DNA of 64,000 nt, from positions 7,175 to 71,174 of the forward strand of contig JBAQJL010000069.1 in NCBI GenBank assembly GCA_049300295.1. Reading direction: 5' to 3'. Under the pieces are notes generated by a model. It saw nothing but the letters and a program-made list of their open reading frames with translations. It was not told where the DNA came from and did not search any database. Position numbers and translations under genes: made by a program. This DNA is from Xanthobacteraceae bacterium. GTDB lineage: Bacteria > Pseudomonadota > Alphaproteobacteria > Rhizobiales > Xanthobacteraceae. Below are positions 45,194 to 54,270 of the stretch, piece after piece (within the stretch, counting starts at the first letter, position 1; every line of letters begins with the position of its first letter).

Positions 45194-47433
45194 GCGCGAT
45201 GCACGCCGACTCGTCATTCTCGCGCCGTGCCCTGCTCAAAAGCGGCGGTGCGCTGATCGTCAGTTTCAGCCTGGCGGGGGTGGCGCCCGCGGCCGCCGCC
45301 GCGGCCCGTGGTGACGTGGCCGGTCCGCCTGATCCCAGGGCGGTCGATTCCTGGATCACGATCCATGGCGACAACACCGCGACGATCTATTTCGGCAAGA
45401 TCGAGATGGGCCAGGGAAACACCACCGGCATGTTGCAGATCGCGGGCGAAGAGCTCGGGCTCGACATCAGCCAGATGACGCCGGTGCGCGGCGACACCAA
45501 CATCACGCCGGACCAGGGAGCGACCAGCTCAAGTACGTCCATCGAGTACGGTGGACCGGCGGTGCGCGCCGCCGCCGCGGCGGCCCGTCACGCGATGTTG
45601 CTGCTCGCAGCCAAGAAGCTCAGCTGCCAGGTTGGCAGCCTGATCGTATCGAAAGGCGTTGTGTCGATCGACGGAGAACCCGGCCGGTCGGTCAGCTACG
45701 GCGACCTCATCGGCGGCAAGTTGTTGAAGGCGAAGGTCGCGGGCACCGCACCGCTCAGGCCGGCAAGCCAGTACACCCTCGTCGGCACTCGCGTTCCGAG
45801 GGTGGATCTGCCGGATAAGATGGCCGGCAAATATGTGCACATGCAGCACGTGCGGCTCGCCGGCATGCTGCACGGCCGGGTGGTGTTGCCGCGCGGGCAG
45901 CGCGCCTACGGTGCGGGCGCCAAACCGCTCGCCATCGATGAAAGCTCGATCAAACTTATTCCCACCGCGCGCGTCGTGCGCAAGGGAGACTTCGTCGGCG
46001 TCGTCGCGGAGAAGGAATGGGATGCGGTGAAAGCCGCCGCGCAGCTCAAGGTGACCTGGGCGCCGAGCCCCGCGCTGCCCGCCGGCAATCTTTACGAGCG
46101 CATGCGCGCGGAGAAGACACATGACACCGTTGTCGCCTCGCGCGGCGACGTGGTGACGGGCTTTCCGAAAGCCATCCATGTCGCCGGCGCGACCTACCGC
46201 TGTCCCTACCAGGGCCACATGCCGTTTGCGCCCAATTGCGCAGTGGCCGACGTCAAGCCGGACAGCGCACTGGTGATGTCGTCAACGCAGGATGTCTACA
46301 GCGCGCGCAGATTTTTGGCCGATGTGCTCGACATGAAGCCCGAGCAGGTGCGGGTGCAGTACCACGAAGGTTCGGGCACCTTCGGACGGAGCTGCTACGG
46401 AGATGCGGAACAGACCGCCGCAATTCTCTCGCAATCGGTCGGCCGGCCGGTGCGCGTTCAGTTCATGCGGTGGGACGAGCATGGCTGGGACCAATACGGC
46501 CCCGCCCATCTCGCCGATGTCCGCGCCGGTATCGATGCCGACGGCAACCTGGTCGCCTACGAATACCATGGCTGGCAGCACGGCTGGACCGTGACGTCGA
46601 CGGTCTATGACATTTCCTTGCAGAAGCCGGGCGTGGAGCGGGCCAGTGGCTCGGCCTCGATCACGGTAAACCCGATGAGCACCGGCTCGATGTACAAGGT
46701 GCCCAACCGCAAGGTCGTCAGCCACGCGGTGCCGATGGCCGGCTATCTGCGTGGCGCGGCACTGCGCTCGCCGCTCGATCTGTCCTTTTCGTTCGCATCG
46801 GAGCAGACCATCGACGAACTGGCCTACGCCGTTAAGATGGACCCGCTGGAGTTCCGGCGAAAGAACATCGGCGACAAGCGCTGGCGCGGGGTTCTCGACG
46901 CCGCGGCGGCGGCGGCGAATTGGACACCACACCTCACGGCTTCCTCGCCTTCCGATGCCGACGTCGTCACCGGACGCGGCATCGGGCTCGGCACCCACCA
47001 TGTCTCCTATGGCGCCGCCATCGCCGATATCGAGGTGAACAGGCGCACCGGCAACATCGTGGTGAAGAAAATTTTTGCCGCGATGGACGTCGGCTTGGCG
47101 GTCAATCCGGGGCTGGTCGAAAACCAGATCATCGGCCAGGCGGTCCAGTCGGTAAGCCGCGTGCTCAAGGAAGAGGTGACCTTCAATAAGACCGGCGTCA
47201 CCAGTCTCGATTGGAATTCTTATCCGGTTTTACGGTTTGCCGAGCACCCCGAAGTCGTTCCGATCGTCGTCCAGCGCATGGAGGAGCCATCGAGCGGAGC
47301 CGGCGAAGAGGTCATGGGCGCGACCGCGGCCGCCGTCGCCAACGCCTTCTTCGACGCAACCGGCTCACGGCTGCGCCAATATCCCATGACCGCGGAACGG
47401 GTGCGCACTGCCCTTGCCGGCACGCGGAGCTGA
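45190..47433 (+). CDS. Molybdopterin-binding large subunit of a molybdenum hydroxylase (IorB type), Tat-exported
   Basis: ORF 45010..47433 trimmed to ATG 45190, which overlaps the small-subunit stop (ATGA). It has the Tat leader SRRALLKSGGALIVSF and is 747 aa long. Confidence 0.9.
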   Translation: MSAMHADSSFSRRALLKSGGALIVSFSLAGVAPAAAAAARGDVAGPPDPRAVDSWITIHGDNTATIYFGKIEMGQGNTTGMLQIAGEELGLDISQMTPVRGDTNITPDQGATSSSTSIEYGGPAVRAAAAAARHAMLLLAAKKLSCQVGSLIVSKGVVSIDGEPGRSVSYGDLIGGKLLKAKVAGTAPLRPASQYTLVGTRVPRVDLPDKMAGKYVHMQHVRLAGMLHGRVVLPRGQRAYGAGAKPLAIDESSIKLIPTARVVRKGDFVGVVAEKEWDAVKAAAQLKVTWAPSPALPAGNLYERMRAEKTHDTVVASRGDVVTGFPKAIHVAGATYRCPYQGHMPFAPNCAVADVKPDSALVMSSTQDVYSARRFLADVLDMKPEQVRVQYHEGSGTFGRSCYGDAEQTAAILSQSVGRPVRVQFMRWDEHGWDQYGPAHLADVRAGIDADGNLVAYEYHGWQHGWTVTSTVYDISLQKPGVERASGSASITVNPMSTGSMYKVPNRKVVSHAVPMAGYLRGAALRSPLDLSFSFASEQTIDELAYAVKMDPLEFRRKNIGDKRWRGVLDAAAAAANWTPHLTASSPSDADVVTGRGIGLGTHHVSYGAAIADIEVNRRTGNIVVKKIFAAMDVGLAVNPGLVENQIIGQAVQSVSRVLKEEVTFNKTGVTSLDWNSYPVLRFAEHPEVVPIVVQRMEEPSSGAGEEVMGATAAAVANAFFDATGSRLRQYPMTAERVRTALAGTRS

Positions 47434-47487
47434 ACGCGGGTCAGATCATTGCACTTTATGATTTGTAGATCGGCCCGAGCAACAAAG

Positions 47488-47520
47488 CAGAATGGGTTGA
47501 GCTCTGCTCAACCCATTCTG
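47488..47520. terminator. Perfect 15-bp hairpin between convergent iorB-type and lysR genes (candidate bidirectional terminator)
   Basis: The hairpin is cagaatgggttgagc-tct-gctcaacccattctg. It has no strong U-tract, so intrinsic-terminator status is inferred from position only. Confidence 0.5.
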
Positions 47521-47543
47521 AGGGCTGAGCGGGCGATCAGATT

Positions 47544-48512
47544 TCAAATCGCCGCAACGAACTCACGGGCGCAATTCATAAACTGAAGGGCCAGAGGACT
47601 AAGCGTACGGTTCTTTATCGTAACGATGTCGACGTTAATTTTATGAGCGGGTATTTCGACTGGAAGAATTTTCAGGCCGACTTGAGCGCCACTGGAACGA
47701 ACGACCGAACGGTTCAAGAGCCCGACGTATCGTCCACCGGCGATGAGCGAGAGGGTGAGCTGATGGGACAACGTTGAAATTGTTGGATTCGGCGGCGGGA
47801 GATGATTGACCCGAAAAATATCGGCGATAATCGGGCCCGGGACGCTGTTGTAAGGTGGCAAAATCCAGGGCTCATCGATGATGTCGGCGAGTTTAAGACG
47901 CTGCCGTCGATGCCACGGGCTGTGCGGGCCGGCGACGGCGACTAAGGAATCGTCGAACAAATTCTCCAATGCCAAATCGTCCGGCAACGTGGTTGATCGC
48001 ACCCGCCCGATTAGCAGCTCTACATTTCGGTCGCGCAATTCCTGAAATTGCAGCATCGAAGTATTGGCGTGGATCACTTGCAAGCGCACGCGCGGGTACC
48101 TTTGCAGGAATCGCTCCATAACCAGTGGAATGATTCCGGCAAGCTCAACTTCTGGAAAGCCGACCCTCAAGTCGCCTTCATCCGGGTTTGTCAGAAATTC
48201 GATCCGCCGCAGGCCTTGGCGCATCTCGTCGAATACGACGGTCCCGCAGTCGAGCAGCACTTTGCCGTACGTGGTCAGTTCGACGCCCTGAGAATGACGA
48301 TCGAATATGCGCACACCCAAGGAATGCTCAAGATCGGAAACGGTCTTGGAAACCACAGGATGCGATATCGCGAGCTGCACTGAGGCTTTCGACATGCTGC
48401 CGCATTCGGCCACAGCCATGAGAATATGGAGGTCCCGCAGCCGGATACGGTTACCAACACGATCCGCCCAGTCCATGTCCGGCCTTAGCCTCCAGGCTAC
48501 AGGGGTGTCCAA
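47544..48512 (-). CDS. LysR-family transcriptional regulator
   Basis: 322 aa. It has the N-terminal wHTH (LRDLHILMAVAECGSMSKASVQLAISHPVVSKTVSDLE) and a LysR substrate-binding domain. An alternative start exists at ATG 48476. Confidence 0.9.
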   Translation of the reverse strand: MDTPVAWRLRPDMDWADRVGNRIRLRDLHILMAVAECGSMSKASVQLAISHPVVSKTVSDLEHSLGVRIFDRHSQGVELTTYGKVLLDCGTVVFDEMRQGLRRIEFLTNPDEGDLRVGFPEVELAGIIPLVMERFLQRYPRVRLQVIHANTSMLQFQELRDRNVELLIGRVRSTTLPDDLALENLFDDSLVAVAGPHSPWHRRQRLKLADIIDEPWILPPYNSVPGPIIADIFRVNHLPPPNPTISTLSHQLTLSLIAGGRYVGLLNRSVVRSSGAQVGLKILPVEIPAHKINVDIVTIKNRTLSPLALQFMNCAREFVAAI

Positions 48513-48515
48513 TAA

Positions 48516-48528
48516 TCCGTCTTCCGGA
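48516..48528. promoter_or_regulatory. T-N11-A dyad (candidate LysR box) in the lysR / Bug-pseudogene divergent region
   Basis: TCCGTCTTCCGGA is a dyad (TCCG-N5-CGGA) that fits the generic LysR T-N11-A pattern. It sits only 4 nt from the longest lysR start, or 40 nt from the alternative ATG 48476. Confidence 0.3.
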
Positions 48529-48633
48529 CTATAGCGTCTCCGTTAAATGTCTCAACCGCCAGACGTAAAGACCGGCGCGCCCCTCCGAAAGGCGACTGGC
48601 GGCGCGTCGCCAACGCTCAAACGGAGGACCCCC

Positions 48634-49609
48634 ATGTTGAGCAGATGCGTCAGCGGAATGATGACAGCGATCGCAGTTGTCATGCTCGCGCCCGGAGGTG
48701 CGAATGCCCAGTCAAATTATCCAAACCATACCGTCAAGTTTGTCATTCCGACACCCCCCGGGCCCGACGCTTGACAGTCTGCCGCGGCTGATTGCCGGGC
48801 ATCTGAGCGATCGATGGAAGGTCCACGTTATCGTCGAAAATATCCCGGGCGCTGCGCAAAACCTCGGGGCCGAGGCGGTCGCGAAGGCGGCTCCGGACGG
48901 TTACACCATTCTGGCGGCTCCCAAGGGACCGCTCGCCATCAGTCAATACGAATTCAGCAAGCTTGCCTTCGACCCGGCCGCATTTGTCCCAGTTTCTATT
49001 TTCGCCACGCAGCCAACTGTCCTGGTCGCCAGCGCAAAGGCTCCGTTTTCGACGTTGCGCGGAATGATCGAATTCGCGAAGGCGAATCCGGGACGGATCA
49101 ACTACGGCTCGCCGGGCGCGGGCAGCTCGCTGCAGTTAATGGTCGAACTGCTGAACAAAGAAGCAGGCATCCAGACGGTCCACGTGCCGTACAAGGGCCT
49201 TGCGCCGGCCGAAGCCGATTTACTTGCCGGCCATATCGACATGATGTTCGATAACCTTGGCAGCGCGTTGCCTTATATCAGGAGCGGCCAGTTCAAGGCG
49301 TTGGCAGTCAGCGGCAAGTCACCCACCGGGGAAATGCCGGACGTTCCTGCGATCGCTGAAATGTTTCCCGACTTTGTCTTTACCGAATGGTTTGCCTTCG
49401 TCGCGCCGCCAAAGACCGATCCGGCGATTGCGGGCAGTGTCGCACAAGGTATTGCGGCGACGCTGCGTCTTCCGGACGTCGCTCAAAGATTCCGAGACGT
49501 GTCCGTCACTCCCGTGGGATCAACTCCCATCCAAGCCGCAGCTTTGATCCAAGATGAGTCCGCGCGCTGGCGCAAGATCGTGGCGCAGCTCGGGGTGAAA
49601 ATCGACTGA
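48634..49609 (+). pseudogene. Bug-family (TctC-like) substrate-binding protein gene interrupted by a +1 frameshift at a C6 run
   Basis: The signal peptide and start (MLSRCVSGMMTAIAVVMLAPGGANAQSNYPNHTVKFVIPTPPG, ATG 48634, GGAGGA upstream) are in one frame, which stops at 48772..48774. The remaining 280 or so codons (..PTLDSLPRLIAGHLSDRWKVHVIVENIPGAAQNLG..PDGYTIL..HVPYKG..) continue in the +1 frame. The junction is CCCCCC at 48754..48759. Confidence 0.7.
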
Positions 49610-50715
49610 CACGCCGCGCCACTCAGGTGCTCAAACTCACTCAGTGACGAAGTGAGATAGGTTGGCCGTCAGCGAAACCCATCGTCCTTTCCTTCGCACC
49701 GAACGATGGGCTTCGCTTCCGCCTTCGCGCTCCACGCTTCGGCGTGACTCAAACCGCGCCGTAGCTCGCGCAGCGCGCGTAGGCGGCTGCGCACTGCCCA
49801 ATCGAAAATGTCTACATTCTCCGCGACTTAGCGGAAATATGCGAATCATGGCGACAATGCCATATTTGGCGCGCCCCGAATCAAACAAACAGCGAAAAAA
49901 GAATCTCGTAACATCAAAGAGATGGCCGTAGCCTCCGGAATTTCTTGAATCCACACCGCCTGCCGAACTAAAAGACTTCATCTCGCCTTTCGAAGGGACG
50001 TTCTTCGCGAGGACACTCCTTGGGACGGGGCGAGTGCGGTGCCTGCGGGCGGATTTGTAACCTGCTCCCGGGCGGCATCGGGCATCAGCCTGCCGGCACA
50101 ATGACCGGCACGTGAGGTGCTCACGGTACGGGGATTAGTTCGGCGCGGGTAACGCCTGTGGAACAGTGCAAGGTCTCCGCCCCCCGGTTGGGGCGGCCGT
50201 ACAGGATCGAGCGCTCCGGACTGTCCCCCGAAGCATGGCCTGATGCAGAGCCTTGGGGACCAGCTGTCCCCCTGGCAAGAGCCGCGGTGGGACGCCGAGA
50301 GGCGAGCGCCCCCGCAAGGGGCGCCCCGTGCCCGCAAGGCGCGGGTTGTAACGATGCGTCTCTCGGCGTTCCGCTTCCCCTTTGTGGCGGCCTGGGTCGG
50401 GCACATGGAAACCCGGGAAACAGCGCCAGCGGGGAAGCCGTCAGCAACATGGTGGGACAGAGGACTCGCGCGCGAACAAAAAACGCGCCGCAAGAACGGG
50501 GGCGCTTGCCCGCTCTCGGTTGAAGCCGTAGGGGCGGCCCTTGTGGCCGCCCGAATTGGCCCGTGTGGTCCTTACGAGGGGCGGGCACGAGGCCCGCCCC
50601 TACCGAAAAGGGAACGCGCCGCGCGCCCAAGGTAGAAATAACCAGCGCGAATGGCCCCAGTTTCGCCGCGCGCTGAACTTCACTATAAGCGCCCCAGAAC
50701 CACAAGGATTGAGCC

Positions 50716-51879
50716 ATGTATTCAGGCCCCGGCGTAAAGACCAGCAAAGATGTTCCGGTCCCCGACACGATGCGGGCCTGGGTGCTGGGCAACCCCGGCG
50801 AGCTCAAGCTGACGGAAAAGCCGGTGCCGGTGCCCAAGCGTGCCGAGGTGTTGGTGCGCATCGATGCTGTGGCGATCTGCGCCACCGATCTCGAAATCAT
50901 CGATCACGGCCCGCCGGCCTCGATCCTGGGCGGCATGCCATTCAACAAGAATTTCACGCCCGGCCACGAATACATGGGCACGGTTGCGGCGCTCGGGCCT
51001 GGTGTCGACGAGTACAAGATCGGCCAGCGCGTTACGGTCGAAATCCACGCCGGCTGCGGCCAGTGCAAGCGCTGCCGCGAAGGCATGTACACTTCGTGCC
51101 ACAACTACGGGCTCAATTACGGCGACGTCGACAAGGGCCACCGCGCCAACGGCTTCACCACCGACGGCGGCTTCTGCGAATATCAGGTCAACAACATCAA
51201 CACGCTGATCGCCATTCCGGACGCGATGACGGACGAGGAGGCGACGCTGGTGGTGACCGCCGGCACCGCGATGTATGGCCTCACCGAGCTGGGCGGCCTC
51301 GTCGCCGGCGAGAGCGTCGTCGTCACCGGGCCGGGGCCGATCGGGCTTCTCGGTGTCGCGGTGGCGAAGGCGATGGGCGCGTCGCCGGTGATCCTCACCG
51401 GCACGCGCGACAACCGGCTGAAGATCGGCAAGGAACTTGGCGCCGATCACGTCATCAACGTGCGCAACGAGGACGCGGTCGAAGCCGTGCGCCGGCTCAA
51501 CGGCGGCAAGGGCGTCGATTATGTGGTCGAATGCTCGGGCGCGCCGAACGCGGTGAACGAGGCGGTCCGTATGGTCAATCGCGGCGGCAAGGTGTGCCTC
51601 GCGGCGTTCCCGCACGGCGAGACGCCGGTCGACGTCGCCCATATCGTGCGCAACAACATCTATCTCTATGGCATCCGCGGCGAGGGCAAGAGCGCGACGC
51701 ACCGTGCCGAGGCCTTCATGTCGCAGAAGCGTTTCGATGCCACCAAGATCCACACCCACACATTCCCGCTCGACGATCTGCCGACCGCAATCCGCTACGC
51801 CAAGGAGCGGATTGACGACGCCATCAAGGTGGTGGTGAAGGCGCGCGGCGTCGCCGCTCACAGGGTCGCAGCGGAATGA
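50716..51879 (+). CDS. Zinc-dependent medium-chain alcohol / polyol dehydrogenase (MDR family)
   Basis: 387 aa. It has the catalytic Zn motif (ICATD, GHEYMG), the structural Zn cluster CGQCKRCREGMYTSC and the NAD fold VVVTGPGPIGLL. Confidence 0.9.
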   Translation: MYSGPGVKTSKDVPVPDTMRAWVLGNPGELKLTEKPVPVPKRAEVLVRIDAVAICATDLEIIDHGPPASILGGMPFNKNFTPGHEYMGTVAALGPGVDEYKIGQRVTVEIHAGCGQCKRCREGMYTSCHNYGLNYGDVDKGHRANGFTTDGGFCEYQVNNINTLIAIPDAMTDEEATLVVTAGTAMYGLTELGGLVAGESVVVTGPGPIGLLGVAVAKAMGASPVILTGTRDNRLKIGKELGADHVINVRNEDAVEAVRRLNGGKGVDYVVECSGAPNAVNEAVRMVNRGGKVCLAAFPHGETPVDVAHIVRNNIYLYGIRGEGKSATHRAEAFMSQKRFDATKIHTHTFPLDDLPTAIRYAKERIDDAIKVVVKARGVAAHRVAAE

Positions 51880-52871
51880 ACAAATTTCAGGTCTCGCGGC
51901 GCGCTGCACTGCGCGGCGCGCTTGCCGTCACGTCAGCCGGTCTCGCATCGCACGTACGGCCGGCCGCCGCGGCCGAGTGGCCCACGCATCCGGTGCGCAT
52001 CGTCAACACCTTCGCGCCGGGCGGCGCCGCCGACATTCTCGCCCGGATGGCCGGCGAGCAACTGACAAAGGCGCTCGGGCAGCAGTTCTATGTCGAGACG
52101 CGCGATGGTGCAGGCGGCGTCATCGGCGTCAACCTCGTCGCCCATAGCGCGCCTGACGGCTACAATTTCGTTATCACCACATTGTCGCTGACCGCCATCA
52201 ATCCGCTGATCAACAAGAAGATCGGCTACGACCCGTTCAAGGATCTGACCCACGTGGCGTATCTGGCGGGATCGCCGATCGTGTTCATCGTCAGTGCCAA
52301 AGGCGGCGTGAAGACGCTCAAGGACTTCGTCGCCAAGGCGAAGGCGAGCGCCAAGCCGCTGAGCTACGGCGTTTCCGGTTTTGCCAGCGCTGGGCAGATG
52401 GTCACCGAATCCTTCGCGCAGCTGGCCGGTTTGAAATTCCAGGTGGTGCCGTACAAGGGCGCGGCGCAGAGTCAGCTCGACGTGGTGGCGGGCAATATCG
52501 ACTTCGCCACGCCGACGGTGACCTCGGCGTCGCCGCAGCTTCAAGGCAAAACGGTGATCGGGCTTGCGCATACCGGCAAGGAACGGCTGCCGGATTATCC
52601 GGATGTGCCGACCTTCAAGGAGCTGGGTTACGACCTCGTCGCCACCAACTGGTTTGCGCTGGCGGGGCCGGCCGGACTTCCCGATCCCATCGTGCAGAAG
52701 GTCAACAGCACCATCAACGCCGGCATGGCGCAGGCCTCCAATCAGGCGCGGATTCGCCAGGACGGGATGATCATCGATCCGATGGATGTGCCGACCTACC
52801 AAGCGTTCGTTGCGCACGAGGCGCAGCGCTGGAAGCCCGTGATCCTCAAGGCCGGACTGAAGATGGAGTAA
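51876..52871 (+). CDS. Bug-family (TctC-like) substrate-binding protein
   Basis: 331 aa with a Tat-like leader (SRRAALRGALAV). It has WPTHPVRIVNTFAPGGAADILAR, APDGYNFV and VVPYKGAAQS. Its ATG overlaps the ADH stop (ATGA). Confidence 0.85.
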   Translation: MNKFQVSRRAALRGALAVTSAGLASHVRPAAAAEWPTHPVRIVNTFAPGGAADILARMAGEQLTKALGQQFYVETRDGAGGVIGVNLVAHSAPDGYNFVITTLSLTAINPLINKKIGYDPFKDLTHVAYLAGSPIVFIVSAKGGVKTLKDFVAKAKASAKPLSYGVSGFASAGQMVTESFAQLAGLKFQVVPYKGAAQSQLDVVAGNIDFATPTVTSASPQLQGKTVIGLAHTGKERLPDYPDVPTFKELGYDLVATNWFALAGPAGLPDPIVQKVNSTINAGMAQASNQARIRQDGMIIDPMDVPTYQAFVAHEAQRWKPVILKAGLKME

Positions 52872-52883
52872 CCCTCCGCGCCG

Positions 52884-53108
52884 TTAAGTCTTGCGGATGC
52901 GGAAGGTGAGGAGCTTTTTATCCTTGTGCGTCGTTTCCAGTACGTCGCCGGTCTGATTGAGCAGATTGGGAATGTCGATGGCGGCGAGCGGATCGGTGCA
53001 CTCGACGATGAAGACATCGCCGGACTGCGCGCCGCCGAGCGCCTTCCTGGTGCGCAGCGCCGGCAGCGGGCATTTGAGGCCGCGCAGATTGAGGGTCATT
53101 TCCGTCAT
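52884..53108 (-). CDS. TusA/SirA-family sulfur-carrier protein
   Basis: 74 aa with the LRGLKCPLP (CPxP) active-site motif near the N-terminus. Confidence 0.8.
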   Translation of the reverse strand: MTEMTLNLRGLKCPLPALRTRKALGGAQSGDVFIVECTDPLAAIDIPNLLNQTGDVLETTHKDKKLLTFRIRKT

Positions 53109-53154
53109 TGTTTAAGGGGCGTCCGAGGCACCAAGGATACTTATCATATCGGCG

Positions 53155-54270
53155 ATGGTTGACGATTCCAGCATCCAGCGTATTTCACGGCTGACGCCGC
53201 TGAGCGAAGTTCTCGCGCTCATCGACACGCGGGTGAGCGCCGTCAAGCCGCAACAGGTTGAGCTTGGGCAAGCACTCGGCTGTGCGCTGGCCGAGGATGT
53301 CATCGCCGGGCCACTGCCGCCGCATCCGATCGCATTGCGCGATGGCTTCGGCGTGGAAGCCGCCGTGCTCGCCGACGCCGGTCCTTACATGCCGGTGGCG
53401 CTGCCGCCGACCGCGCGGCGCATCGATGTCGGCGAGCCGATGCCCGCCGGCTGTGATGCCGTGCTGCCTGTCGATGCTGTTGTACTGCGCAGTGGCCGCG
53501 TAGAGGCGTCGGCTGCTGTCGCGCCGGGAGAGGGTGTGTTGGCCGCCGGCGACGATGCGACGCCGCGCACGCCGCTGCGTCGTGCCGGTGAGCGACTGCG
53601 CGGGATCGACATTGCCGTCATAGCCGCGGCCGGCATCAAAACCGTGAACGTTCGCGCGCCGCGCGTTGGCATCGTCCGCGCCGGCCCGACGCAGCCACGG
53701 GTCGTCGAAGCCGCGCGTGAGCTGCTCATTCGCGCCGTGACCACGGCCGGCGGCATGCCCTTTGGCAAGGCGTTGATCCTCGTCGCGTCGCTCGACTATG
53801 AGCGGCCGGACCTGGTTGTCGCCATTGGCGGCACCGGCAGCGGACGCGACGACGATGGCGTGCGAACCTTGGCGCGCTACGGCGCGGTCGAGGCGCACGG
53901 CATCGCGGTGTCGCCGGGCGAAACGGCGGCCCTGGGATTTGTCGACATGAGGCCGGTGTTATTAGTGCCGGGTCGCGTCGACGCCGCGCTGGCACATTGG
54001 CTGCTGATTGGCCGTCATGCCGTCGCCAAGCTCGCCGGGACCAAAGTCGAGGACATGCCCGTCACGATGCTGCTCAAACGCAAAGTCACGTCGGCGATCG
54101 GGCTAACGGAATTAGTGCCCGTAGTGTGTGCGGATGGCATCGCGAACCCTCTGGGCTCCGGCTATCTGTCATTTGAATCGTTGGCGCGCAGCGATGGCTG
54201 GATCGTCGTTCCAGCCGACAGTGAAGGTTTTGCCGAAGGTACGCCGGTTGCGGTAAGGCCTTGGCCATGA
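53155..54270 (+). CDS. MoeA-family protein, divergent short paralogue
   Basis: 371 aa. It has MoeA-like domain order (..LRDGFGV.., PMPAGCDAVLPVD, GGTGSGRDD, LLVPGRVDAAL) but diverges from the canonical GLPGNP and PFDNSAVDGFA motifs. Confidence 0.7.
   Translation: MVDDSSIQRISRLTPLSEVLALIDTRVSAVKPQQVELGQALGCALAEDVIAGPLPPHPIALRDGFGVEAAVLADAGPYMPVALPPTARRIDVGEPMPAGCDAVLPVDAVVLRSGRVEASAAVAPGEGVLAAGDDATPRTPLRRAGERLRGIDIAVIAAAGIKTVNVRAPRVGIVRAGPTQPRVVEAARELLIRAVTTAGGMPFGKALILVASLDYERPDLVVAIGGTGSGRDDDGVRTLARYGAVEAHGIAVSPGETAALGFVDMRPVLLVPGRVDAALAHWLLIGRHAVAKLAGTKVEDMPVTMLLKRKVTSAIGLTELVPVVCADGIANPLGSGYLSFESLARSDGWIVVPADSEGFAEGTPVAVRPWP

Noticed and set aside
50030-50470. Possible RNase P RNA (rnpB) on the plus strand. 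The strings GGTAACGCCTG (50148..50158), CAGTGCAA (50164..50171), CCGCC, GAGCGCTCC and GGCAAGAGCC occur in the same order as similar strings in my recollection of E. coli M1 RNA.
   Set aside because: The universally conserved P4 strands (GAGGAAAGUCCGGGCUCC near the 5' end and ACAGAACCCGGCUUA near the 3' end) are absent on both strands. The closest matches are GGCGAGTGCGG and GGGACAGAGGACTCG. The best-matching string lies in a helix that varies between species, and alphaproteobacterial RNase P RNAs keep the canonical P4. I treat the resemblance as coincidence in GC-rich sequence. Running cmscan with RF00010 would settle it.
50033-50610. ORF-less group II intron. GTGCG occurs at 50033..50037, followed by about 580 nt of structured sequence.
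   Set aside because: I found no domain V-like 34-nt hairpin (AGC triad, 2-nt 3' bulge, GNRA loop) near the 3' end on either strand. I also found no domain VI bulged-A helix, no reverse transcriptase ORF and no recognisable exon-binding context.
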